From an uncultured Verrucomicrobiae bacterium (GTDB lineage Bacteria > Verrucomicrobiota > Verrucomicrobiia > Limisphaerales > Palsa-1400): a DNA stretch of 64,000 nt. The notes beneath the pieces are model-generated. The model worked only from the letters and a program-made list of their open reading frames with translations, made no database searches and was not told the DNA's origin. Where the stretch lies: the NCBI GenBank assembly GCA_963707025.1, contig CAVPOM010000018.1:416001-480000 (forward strand). The letters are read 5' to 3'. Both the position numbers and the translations under genes were made by a program. Shown here in pieces: positions 52,859-62,027 of this stretch (position 1 is its first letter; every line of letters starts with the position of its first letter).

Positions 52859-53068
52859 TTTGGCATCGCTGCTGCTGCGAGAAATGACAAAACCGAGTTC
52901 AAATCGCTCACACCAATTCTCTTATACAAACCACTCAAAATCAGCCACTTCCAACAAGGACAGTCTCTCCAAACCGGATGACGGTGACAGGCAGGAGAGG
53001 TTGCCGGGCTGAAAAGTCCAACTGTTAATCTGGGGGGAACGTCCCCAAGGCATTAAGACATCATTTGC

Positions 53069-53488
53069 TCAAGTTCCCAGGAGTATTTGGGTCAGGGGAC
53101 CGATCCGGACAAGTTTGGAGGCGCCCCAGTCTGCAAAGGTCGCTTTAAGGTTAGAATCCCATTGATCCCTGACCGGCCCCCCGCTGGTGATGATTTTTTG
53201 GTGGTTTCCTTTCTTGAACTGATCCCAAGCCTCCCGCAATTTGGTGGCCGGGATCAAGCCTTCCACCACCAGGTAGTCCCCGCCCACGCGGCTGTTGACG
53301 GCCGGAAGCCGTAAACACCACGCTGGAGGCCCAGCAGCAGGGCGAGGGTCAGCAGCCTGCCGCGCCAGGCTAAAAGCCAGGCTTCCTTGCGAACAAAGAG
53401 GCCGGAAAGCGCCGTCGGACACCTTTGTGGAGAATTCACGCCAGAAATCCTTAATGAACCGGAGGGCATCCAGCACTGCGTTCATCAT
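53069..53488 (-). pseudogene. Frameshifted, truncated YdcF/ElyC-like remnant
   Basis: GLFVRKEAWLLAWRGRLL in one frame and AVNSRVGGDYLVVEGLIP...IITSGGP in another match the N-half of 54887..55615; the C-half is absent. Confidence 0.65.
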
Positions 53489-53573
53489 TGCGCCAAGAAG
53501 CCATTCCGGCTGCGGCCAATCCGCCTTTGAAAAAACGCGGTACTTCACGCTGCCGGAGCCCGGTTTCATTCGA

Positions 53574-54662
53574 TCAGTGACTCTGGTGCTGGGGAGATTC
53601 GTGGTCACGGGCTTCTGCCGGAGGATGAAATTGCCCCTGCCTCCGCCTTTTCCCCGCGGCCGGTTTTGTCAAGTAAAAGAGCATCTTATACCACGATCCT
53701 ACAAAGAACATCTTGCATTCATTGTAGAGCAAGCTGGATAGCTTGGCCGCCCTCATTCCAAAAGCCCTTTGAATCCAGGCGTACTTCCAACTGAGGCGGG
53801 GAATCTGCAATTGCCCCCCCAGCGTCGCGGCCAGCCGCCGGGACTCTTCCACGATTTTAGGCATCTCAGGATAGAAAAAAGGCAGCCAGTTCTGCAGGAA
53901 GGTCACGCAGGCGGCTCGTACCCTCGCGCTATCCTCGACCGAGCGCAGGTAGCCGATTTGCAGGCGCATGCCCAGGAACTGCGCCTCCTTTTTCTTTTTG
54001 GAGCGGCCCACATAAGACAGGCTGCCGACGGGGCACCTGCGGTAGTACACCTTGGCCTCGGGCACAAAGCAGACGCGGTCGCTTTTGAGAACGACCCTGC
54101 TGAAATACTCCCCGTCGTCATCCCCGAGCAGGCGGGTGTCCCAAGGCCCGGCCGCTTCTGTCAGCTCGCGGCTCACCAGCCACGTTGCTGTCTGCATAAA
54201 GACGTTCTGCTCCCATTTCCGCGTCATCCACTCCACCGGAGAAAGATCGCACCACAGGGCCGTGGGGCGAAAGCGGGCTTTGTTCACACGGTAAAAAAAG
54301 TAGCCCCAAGCCGACGAAACGAGCGTCCGCCTGCTGCCGTAGCTTCTGAACAACTCCATTTGCCTGGCAATTTTTTCACGGCTCAGGAGATCGTCGGCGT
54401 CCAGCCACTGGATATAGTCCCCCTGGCACAAGGAAAAAGCCTTGTTTCTGGCCGCCGCCGCGCCCTGGTTGGGCTGGCTGACCACCGACACCTCCTTCCC
54501 GGCAAATTTACGGGCCACCGCCAGAGTTTGGTCGGTGGAACCATCGTCCACTATAATGATTTCCTTCCTGGGCCACGTTTGACACAGGGCGGACTCAATC
54601 GTCTCCGCGATGCACCCCTCTGCATTAAATGCAGGTATGAGTATTGATATCAAAGGTTCCAT
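53574..54662 (-). CDS. Glycosyltransferase family 2
   Basis: ISILIPAFNA, VDDGSTD, WLDADD, DDDGEY. Confidence 0.92.
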   Translation of the reverse strand: MEPLISILIPAFNAEGCIAETIESALCQTWPRKEIIIVDDGSTDQTLAVARKFAGKEVSVVSQPNQGAAAARNKAFSLCQGDYIQWLDADDLLSREKIARQMELFRSYGSRRTLVSSAWGYFFYRVNKARFRPTALWCDLSPVEWMTRKWEQNVFMQTATWLVSRELTEAAGPWDTRLLGDDDGEYFSRVVLKSDRVCFVPEAKVYYRRCPVGSLSYVGRSKKKKEAQFLGMRLQIGYLRSVEDSARVRAACVTFLQNWLPFFYPEMPKIVEESRRLAATLGGQLQIPRLSWKYAWIQRAFGMRAAKLSSLLYNECKMFFVGSWYKMLFYLTKPAAGKRRRQGQFHPPAEARDHESPQHQSH

Positions 54663-54671
54663 GGCTGGGCC

Positions 54672-54839
54672 TCAGTCTTTCCGATAGGCAGATACCAGGA
54701 TATCTTGAAACTGCTGACGAACCTCTCCTCGCAGCAGCTTCACGCTCAACTGATAACCAAATCCAGCCTTTTCAAGTTGTGCCGCAACGACCGGGAAGCA
54801 GTCCCGACTTTGTTCTGAGGAGAGCGGGTGCAAAATCAT
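54672..54839 (-). pseudogene. Probable C-terminal remnant of an FkbM-family methyltransferase
   Basis: LEKAGFGYQL...QFQDILVSAYRKD resembles FkbM C-termini from memory; no N-terminal part is present. Confidence 0.4.
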
Positions 54840-54886
54840 GCCGCTTCGACGTTTCCTCAGGCCACCGCGGCGCGTCCCAGAACTTC

Positions 54887-55615
54887 TCAGGAAGCCGCCG
54901 GACGAAAGAAAAAACGGGCATAAAGGTAGGCGATGCTCTCGCCGACCACATTCCGCACCCCTTCGCTGGTGCGCCACCAGTGGCGCGGATCATATTCGTG
55001 ACTGTCCATGGCAATAATGCCAATCTTTACCCCGGCCCCGAACGCTTTTTCGTACATCAACCGGGAGCGCCGCGCATGCGGCCCCTCTGTCGCAACATCC
55101 AAAAACTTTACCTCCATCCCTTGTTCCCTGGCCCACTGTTTCACCACCAAGGCCGAATGGTAAGTGCGGTCTTTGCTGGCCACATTGGGGAAGAGCGTCG
55201 AGAGTTTCTCCTGGGGCACGCCGTCCTGGACCAACAGTCGGCTCACAAAATCACCGGAATAGCGGCCCGACTCATATCGGTCCCCCTCCTCCAGCACCGG
55301 TCGAATCAGAACGGCACGCTGATAGCCGCCGTGCAAAAACTCCGAGGCAGCCTGCTTCATCGTATTGGGTGGAGACCAACCCTCAATCACCAGCAACTTT
55401 GCCGGAACTCGATCTGTGAGAGCTAAAAACGAATGCACGCCGAACCGTAGCGTAACTAGGATCACAAGCCCAAGGGCCAACACCAGCAGCCAACCGGCCC
55501 GGGACAACGTCCAGCATTCCCGGCGGCGCAGCAAGCCACCGAAGGCCGATGGCCGTTTTTGGCGTGGACGTTCCATCGGCGGATTCAAAGCGAAACCTCT
55601 CTTTCCATCCATCAC
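54887..55615 (-). CDS. YdcF/ElyC (DUF218) family envelope protein
   Basis: Single N-terminal TM, LVIEGW, DRTYHSA, TEGPHARRSR, ESIAY. Confidence 0.75.
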   Translation of the reverse strand: MMDGKRGFALNPPMERPRQKRPSAFGGLLRRRECWTLSRAGWLLVLALGLVILVTLRFGVHSFLALTDRVPAKLLVIEGWSPPNTMKQAASEFLHGGYQRAVLIRPVLEEGDRYESGRYSGDFVSRLLVQDGVPQEKLSTLFPNVASKDRTYHSALVVKQWAREQGMEVKFLDVATEGPHARRSRLMYEKAFGAGVKIGIIAMDSHEYDPRHWWRTSEGVRNVVGESIAYLYARFFFRPAAS

Positions 55616-55616
55616 G

Positions 55617-57200
55617 TCACTGGACCGCGTCTTTCTTGGTCATTTTTGACAAAAAACCGCGCATTTCGTGGATCACTCTTTGCGCCGTCCGACGCTGATG
55701 GGGCAAAATCCAAATAATCGCCAAGCCGGCTGCCAGTGTTGCCGGAACACCCACGCAGAGCTGCAGGATGGGTGTTATTTTTGCGCAGGCCAGGCTGGTT
55801 CCATACGCCGCCCCAAAAGCCACGACCCACACCGGTACGTGGCGGAATAACACCCGCCAGAGGTCAGCATTGCTGACGGGGCCGAAACGACCCACGATAT
55901 AATTCTGCAGCGGCAATCGAACCAGCAGTCCCCCCAGCGAAAACGCCAGAGCCACGCCCGTGATCCCGTAAAACAGCCCGATGGCATATGAGGCGACTGA
56001 GACCAGCGATACGGCCAGGCCGGTCCAGAGAATGTCCCGATTGCGTCCCTGGGTCGTCAACAGCCACATGGACGATCCGGCCGCCGCATAGTAGGTGGCG
56101 GCGATGGCCAAGGCTGCGAAAACGGGCACCACTTCCAGCCAGCGTGGCCCGAGCGTCGCCAGCACCAGGGGACGGGACAGTCCCAGAAACAAGCCAGCCA
56201 TCAGGTAGCTGGCGAGCACCAACGCGTCGTAAATCTGCAAGAAAGTGCGCCGATACCGTTCTGGCGCGTCTTGCAAACGCGACAACATCGGGATGAAGAC
56301 CGTGTCAAACGGAATGAGAAACTGGTCCAGAGGCCGCATCAGCAGCGCCATGCCTCGACTGTACACTCCCAGCGGCCCCGCGCCGCAAACGCGGCCAATC
56401 AAAACCGAATCCATGTTGCTGGAGACACGCCGCAACACGGCGGACACCGTGAGGCTGGCTCCAAGGTGAACCATGGATAGGGTTCCTGCACCGGCCTTGG
56501 GGAGCTGCGGACGCCAGCTCGACAAAGTCCATGCCAGGGCCAGCTCGCCCACGGCGATCGCGAATTGCGAGCCGACCAACGACCAATAGCCGTATCCCAG
56601 CAAGGCCATCCCGACTCCGACGATCAACGACAGGACCATGGAACCAATATCCACCCACGCCAAGGCTTTGAACCGCATCTGCCGGTTGAGCAGCGCCAAA
56701 TGCTGCACCGTCGAACCGCTCAGGATGAAGGTGCTACAGAGCCAGATCGTAATGGCAACCAGCCGCTGATCGCGGTAAAACCATGCCATAACGGGCGAGA
56801 GGGCGGCCCCAATCGCAGCGGCGCAAATGCCGAGCGACACATTGATCCAAAAGAGATTGGAAACTTGGGCATGCGTAACTTTATCCCTCTGCACCGTGGC
56901 GGCGGACAACCCGGCCTCACGAAACAGGCGCAGAAAGGCAATCAAGACCGCCGCCATCGCCACCAACCCGAAGTCCTCCTTGGACAGCAACCGGGCGAGG
57001 ATGACCGTCGAAATGAAGTAGAGGCCGAACTTGGCCGCCTGGGCTCCCACCGTCACCAGCCCGCCGGAGATGACTCGTCCGCCCAGGTTCGTCATCAAGT
57101 GGTCAGTGCTAAAATGCTTGTCGTGCCGGCCTTGCGCTGCGGCCAGGACCGCGGATTCTCCCGCACCTGGCGCGTGATCAGGAATTTCCGGATGATTCAT
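55617..57200 (-). CDS. wzx: Wzx-type oligosaccharide flippase
   Basis: ILARLLSKEDFGLVAM, LFWIN, RQMRFK, D..LIGR...LGVYS; many TM segments. Confidence 0.9.
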   Translation of the reverse strand: MNHPEIPDHAPGAGESAVLAAAQGRHDKHFSTDHLMTNLGGRVISGGLVTVGAQAAKFGLYFISTVILARLLSKEDFGLVAMAAVLIAFLRLFREAGLSAATVQRDKVTHAQVSNLFWINVSLGICAAAIGAALSPVMAWFYRDQRLVAITIWLCSTFILSGSTVQHLALLNRQMRFKALAWVDIGSMVLSLIVGVGMALLGYGYWSLVGSQFAIAVGELALAWTLSSWRPQLPKAGAGTLSMVHLGASLTVSAVLRRVSSNMDSVLIGRVCGAGPLGVYSRGMALLMRPLDQFLIPFDTVFIPMLSRLQDAPERYRRTFLQIYDALVLASYLMAGLFLGLSRPLVLATLGPRWLEVVPVFAALAIAATYYAAAGSSMWLLTTQGRNRDILWTGLAVSLVSVASYAIGLFYGITGVALAFSLGGLLVRLPLQNYIVGRFGPVSNADLWRVLFRHVPVWVVAFGAAYGTSLACAKITPILQLCVGVPATLAAGLAIIWILPHQRRTAQRVIHEMRGFLSKMTKKDAVQ

Positions 57201-57254
57201 CAGGGAAAGAGACGTGCAGAAATTAGAATCTTGCTTGCTACAGCAAGCCCTTTA

Positions 57255-59042
57255 TCAGATGGCTTCATGCTGCGGTCGCTTACCGAAGCGTCCCGCCAAC
57301 GGGGCAAAACGATCTCGACCTTCGCAAAGCAATCGTCGTGCAAAAGCCCAGACGTTGAGATGGGGAATTTTGACCAAGTTCTGAGCAATGGCTTCTGGAT
57401 GAATAAAGGCAATTTCGACGCTGCTGCCAGGCTCCACGGGCAAGGATTCCCCCGCGTAACTTTCGATGAACTTCATTTCGCCTCCTGGAACGCCCAGACG
57501 CATGCCTTCGTTGCGTCCGTTCGTGGAATGGGGACGCAACACCGAGATGGAATGACATTCCGGCGGAACAGCCACATGAAGGAGCCTGGAGTAGGCCCGC
57601 ACGCGAAAAAGGCCGCCCTGCTTCTGCGTTTGGTAATTGTGCCGACTGATGGCGCTCATGCGCATCCATTGCGCGTTCCCCAGCGCATTGATGGAAGCGG
57701 CTACCTCCTCCAGAATGCCCAAGCCTTCGGCCACATCTTCATGGTGGCCATAAGGAATAATGGGCCGGTGCAGATACGCGGCCAAATGAATCGCGGCGTC
57801 ATACTGCTTGCTCTTGAAGCGGAAGCGGGGCAGAACGGGCAAACCGGCGACAACGTCGGAAACTCGTAGTCCCAGGCCATGGGACCATGGCTTGTTCGCA
57901 TTTGTTTCCAGCAGGCAGGGCACGGCGGTGGACACGGCGTCAAATCCAAGCCTGGCCAAGGCCTCAAGGACCTCCTCGCCGCAGACACCATGAGGCGGGG
58001 CCATCACCCGGCAAATTTCAAGCCGCCCAGCTTTTTCTGCGCGGCCAATCCGTTGCAGCGCCTGGACGAGAGACGCGATCGCTTTTTCCTGGGAGCCAAA
58101 GGAGGCCAGTTCGGAGTGCAGATGGTCATTGCCATGCATCATCAGTGAGAGCTGCCCGGAATTATGGCTGAAAACCTCCGCCGTCCGCCTCCGCACCAGC
58201 CACGCATCCAAAGGCACCGTGGCAAAAGCAACATGGTAGGGCGAGGACCGCGCGCTGGCCGCCAAGCGCCTGAAATCCAGCCACCCGTATCGCCCGGCGT
58301 GCAAATTCGGATCGTCGAACTGAAAGCAGGCCCTTGGCCCTGAAGAGAGCCATTGCTCCTCGCCGGTGAGTTGTCGCAGAAAGTCTATCAAGGGAAGCAT
58401 GGCGATGAAATTGCCAGAATGAAAATAACGGTAGAGGCAGCCCTCGCTCTTGACCTCCGGCAACGGCATCGCGCTCACGTCGTGTCGAAGAACGCCATTT
58501 GCACGGCGGACCCACAACGGTTTGTCTCCCAATCGCGCCATAATCACGTCCCCTTCCCTCAAGCCGGGCGGCGCGCCTTGGCGAACATCCTCTTGATAAA
58601 ACCGGTGCGCGCGAAATGCTTTCGGAACCTCCGCGCTTTGGCCGAATTGGATTTCAGCAGATGGAAAAGAAAGGTCGCCGGAAGCAGCGCAGGGCAGATG
58701 CAGTGAAGGCAGCTCCAGCGCGCTTTCCTCCAGAATCCCGCCCCAGGCGATCACCGCGTCCAGGCCCTTCATTTCGTGGGCGTTGCGGCGTTCGAAACGG
58801 ACGGGCAAAAGTTCTTCCAGCCAAGCCCAGAGCGGACCGCCACAAGCTCGGTCGGGGCCTGCCAAGCCCACAATTCTATTGGAATCAGTCAAAGGAATCA
58901 CGCCAGTCAAAGTATCGGGGGCAACTGGCTCAGATTGCGAAGGCCTCTTCGGGCCGCCAGACTCATCCTTCAAGAAAACCTGCCAGACAACGGAACGGCG
59001 TCGGCGCCCTTCCTTCAGAAACCAGGTCCGCCAAAGCTCCAA
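57255..59042 (-). CDS. Hypothetical protein with polysaccharide-deacetylase-like domain
   Basis: FQFDDP, MHGNDH, APPHG and YGHH resemble CE4/NodB-type metal motifs; start uncertain. Confidence 0.55.
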   Translation of the reverse strand: MELWRTWFLKEGRRRRSVVWQVFLKDESGGPKRPSQSEPVAPDTLTGVIPLTDSNRIVGLAGPDRACGGPLWAWLEELLPVRFERRNAHEMKGLDAVIAWGGILEESALELPSLHLPCAASGDLSFPSAEIQFGQSAEVPKAFRAHRFYQEDVRQGAPPGLREGDVIMARLGDKPLWVRRANGVLRHDVSAMPLPEVKSEGCLYRYFHSGNFIAMLPLIDFLRQLTGEEQWLSSGPRACFQFDDPNLHAGRYGWLDFRRLAASARSSPYHVAFATVPLDAWLVRRRTAEVFSHNSGQLSLMMHGNDHLHSELASFGSQEKAIASLVQALQRIGRAEKAGRLEICRVMAPPHGVCGEEVLEALARLGFDAVSTAVPCLLETNANKPWSHGLGLRVSDVVAGLPVLPRFRFKSKQYDAAIHLAAYLHRPIIPYGHHEDVAEGLGILEEVAASINALGNAQWMRMSAISRHNYQTQKQGGLFRVRAYSRLLHVAVPPECHSISVLRPHSTNGRNEGMRLGVPGGEMKFIESYAGESLPVEPGSSVEIAFIHPEAIAQNLVKIPHLNVWAFARRLLCEGRDRFAPLAGRFGKRPQHEAI

Positions 59043-59069
59043 CTTAGTGGAACCACAAGCATCTCCAAC

Positions 59070-62018
59070 TCACGGCACTACGTGCAAACCAGTCGGCGCC
59101 GGCAGTGGTTGACCGCCGGTTGGTGGACCGGGATTCATTAACGCGTTGAAGCGCGCCTGCGCCGGGATCATGCTCACCATGGGTGTCCGGTCCGGTCCGA
59201 TGGGCGGCCAGGCGAAACCGACCGGCCACCACGATGGCTGGGAGGAATAGTAGAGCGAGGCTGGGAGCGTGGTCGCATAGCCGTTGGAAATGACCGTGGA
59301 CATGTGGGCGTAGTCGTAATTCTCGTGCCAGAATGTATTTGTTTCCACCCTCAAATCGTAGGCGTTGGTCAGCGGATAAAATGGCACGGCGGTAGGCGAG
59401 CCGGTGTAGGTCGTCTTGGCCGAGGCCGGATAACCGAATTTGCGAATGGCGTAACTGGTATAGTAGTCGTCATAATTGTTGGTGTCGCCAAGATCAAAAG
59501 TGTAGAGCCGGGACGGCTCGCCCAGGACGTTGCCCACGATGTTGTTGGAAAGTGTCCATGCGTCCAGGTCCACGGCGATGATGTTCTGGTAGAAATAATT
59601 CGTCGGGGAAAGCTCTTGCAAAGCGTTGCGGAAGACGGTCTGGCAGGTACCGCCGCTGCCGTGAGTGTGGTCGAAAGTGACGTTCGGGCAGACATTTCCC
59701 TCCACCAGGTTCATCACCGGATTAGGGACGTGGATGCCGATGTAGGGGTCTTGAAACCCGGATGATCCCATGAGGTTCGTCAAATAATTGTAGCCATAAA
59801 CGTTGCCGGTGCAGCCGCCTTCGATGAACACGAACATGAGCAGGTTATATTCGATATTGTCCTCCCACAGACAATCCGTGCAGCCGGGCACTTCCAGCCC
59901 GTAACCGTAATCAATGGAGTAGGTGGTGGCGTCGTGGATGGTGCATTCGCGCATCTCGCAGAACAGGCATTGGTTCCACCACTGATGCCAGCGTTTGGCG
60001 TAGGCAGTCTCAACGCCTTTCTCCCAGCAGTTCAAGCAACCCTCAAAGTCCACCAGGTTCTGGCCGGTATTATTGGCCACATCATTGCTGATGGTCAGGT
60101 TTTCCAGGCCGAACCTCTGGACCGGCGCTTCCATCATGGCGACCTGCGGCGATTCGGCCATGTCAAAGTTCCACTGGATGGGCGGCCAGACGGTCAGGTT
60201 CGTCACCTGGCTGATGGCCTTGACCTGGGTGAGCTGGCTCAAGCAACGGCTGCCGTTGTGGGGCCGGTCATAGTTGCCCAAAGCGTCGGAACCGAACGGC
60301 GTCACGAAGCTGTTTTCCATGTCCCCCGTTGCCATGTTGGTGTTCAACTGGTCTATTTGCAACATCATACCCACGGTGATGCTGGCGGCGTTGCCCGCCA
60401 CGCTGACCACCGAGATGTTGCTGGAACCGATGGTGAGGCCGGAATGGACCGGGCAAACACGGGCGGCGTTGGTATTGATCCAATAGGTGTCGCCGACGAG
60501 CAGCGCATCACTGGAACCCACAGGGTTCTTCTCGTGCCAGATCGTCTTGCCCGCGCCATCGCCGCGGATGACCACGCCGTTACGGTTGTAGTTGGCAACG
60601 AGGTTGGTCATCAAATAGGTTCCCGTCGGAATGTAAATCACCCAGTTGGACGGGCAGTGCGCGAGGACGCTGGCCAGGATGCCGGAGTCATCGTTCACGT
60701 TGTCGCCGTGAAACCGGTAAGCCAGATTGGTGATGGTACCATTGCTGCAAACACCAGTGGCGCAGTTGCAAAAGACGTTGGTCACAGTGGGGATGCCACC
60801 CTGCACGCCGACCCCGCTCCTCGTCCAGTTAATGTACCATCCAGCCGGCATCAATGGCAGTGCCGAATTGGTCGGCGGTGCCGAATAGGCCGGAACAGGC
60901 GTGCCACCGTTGAGCACATACACGGTGCCGTAAGTGTCAAAGTTCTCTCCCGTGGCCGTGTTTTCCTCGGTATTCTCGCAACCCACAATCCCTTGGATCG
61001 TCGTCCAGTTGGCCGGGCCGGTGGCGCCGCTGCCAACATTGTCGGTCACGGTGGCCGACCCCAGATAGGTTTGACTGGCGCAATCCCAGACATACATCGT
61101 CATCACGCCGCCCGACGGCGCATCGGTAATCACAGCCAGCGTGTGGTTGAAAGTCATATGAAGCAGTGGAGTCGCTTGGGTGCTGATTTCGTTCTCTATC
61201 GTGACATACGATCCGGGGTCGGGATGATCGTTGAAATTGTCATACATATTGTGGTTGTTGGGCGCCGTATTCAGGTTCAGCCAGTCGAAGTTGTTAAATT
61301 GGGGCACCACCGTGGTAAACGTGATAACCTGATAGACCGTCACCTGGGCCGCGTTGAGTCCTCTTCCCTGCAAAAATCCCACCATGTTCGCCCCGGACTG
61401 CCACTCGGCGCATTTGCTGCCGGTCAGCATTGCTGAGACGTTGGCCCCCCCGATGGTCATGGCCGGCCAAGGCCATTGGCCCGCCGCCAGCGTGTTGGAA
61501 CTGACGATCTTGATGTTGTTGAATGAACCGCCGGGAGAAATCTCACCGGCACTTTCCCAGAGCGTCAAGACCGGCTGGCCGGCGACTTTAAAGGTTCCTG
61601 CATAAACACCGTTTGAACTTAGATAACTGCCAACTGAATCCGTGACCAAATCCGGGAAAAAACCCAGGGAACCGGACTGCCCGTGAACCGAAGCCGTCAG
61701 GCAGAGGAGCAAGGAAAAAATGACAAGGCGCAGTTTGATGGCCCTCACGCCCACACACTCTGGGGCAGCGGCTTCTTCGCCGCTTCCACCGGAGGCGTCA
61801 CATTGGATGTCCTTAACATTATGTTGAAAATCAGGGCCGCGCCTAACCCACCCTAAAGGGAGGGATTGGGAGCGATTGCGATTGAAAATTTTCATGGGCT
61901 CAATATTGTTTATCATACGATGCTGAAGCAAGACCCATGCCAAGACCCACCCGGTTAACCCTTCAGAATCTCCGCGCATCGAAAAGAAGACATTTAAAGC
62001 GCACCAATTATGCCGCAA
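59070..62018 (-). CDS. Large secreted protein with pectin-lyase-like beta-helix domain
   Basis: Signal-like LRLVIFSLLLCLTASVHG (likely start near 61748), GVGVQGGIP, GDNVNDDS...VIYIPTGTY...VIRGDGAGKT, NLVEGN repeats, C-terminal PAPTGLHVVP. Confidence 0.75.
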   Translation of the reverse strand: MRHNWCALNVFFSMRGDSEGLTGWVLAWVLLQHRMINNIEPMKIFNRNRSQSLPLGWVRRGPDFQHNVKDIQCDASGGSGEEAAAPECVGVRAIKLRLVIFSLLLCLTASVHGQSGSLGFFPDLVTDSVGSYLSSNGVYAGTFKVAGQPVLTLWESAGEISPGGSFNNIKIVSSNTLAAGQWPWPAMTIGGANVSAMLTGSKCAEWQSGANMVGFLQGRGLNAAQVTVYQVITFTTVVPQFNNFDWLNLNTAPNNHNMYDNFNDHPDPGSYVTIENEISTQATPLLHMTFNHTLAVITDAPSGGVMTMYVWDCASQTYLGSATVTDNVGSGATGPANWTTIQGIVGCENTEENTATGENFDTYGTVYVLNGGTPVPAYSAPPTNSALPLMPAGWYINWTRSGVGVQGGIPTVTNVFCNCATGVCSNGTITNLAYRFHGDNVNDDSGILASVLAHCPSNWVIYIPTGTYLMTNLVANYNRNGVVIRGDGAGKTIWHEKNPVGSSDALLVGDTYWINTNAARVCPVHSGLTIGSSNISVVSVAGNAASITVGMMLQIDQLNTNMATGDMENSFVTPFGSDALGNYDRPHNGSRCLSQLTQVKAISQVTNLTVWPPIQWNFDMAESPQVAMMEAPVQRFGLENLTISNDVANNTGQNLVDFEGCLNCWEKGVETAYAKRWHQWWNQCLFCEMRECTIHDATTYSIDYGYGLEVPGCTDCLWEDNIEYNLLMFVFIEGGCTGNVYGYNYLTNLMGSSGFQDPYIGIHVPNPVMNLVEGNVCPNVTFDHTHGSGGTCQTVFRNALQELSPTNYFYQNIIAVDLDAWTLSNNIVGNVLGEPSRLYTFDLGDTNNYDDYYTSYAIRKFGYPASAKTTYTGSPTAVPFYPLTNAYDLRVETNTFWHENYDYAHMSTVISNGYATTLPASLYYSSQPSWWPVGFAWPPIGPDRTPMVSMIPAQARFNALMNPGPPTGGQPLPAPTGLHVVP

Positions 62019-62027
62019 AGTGCTTAC

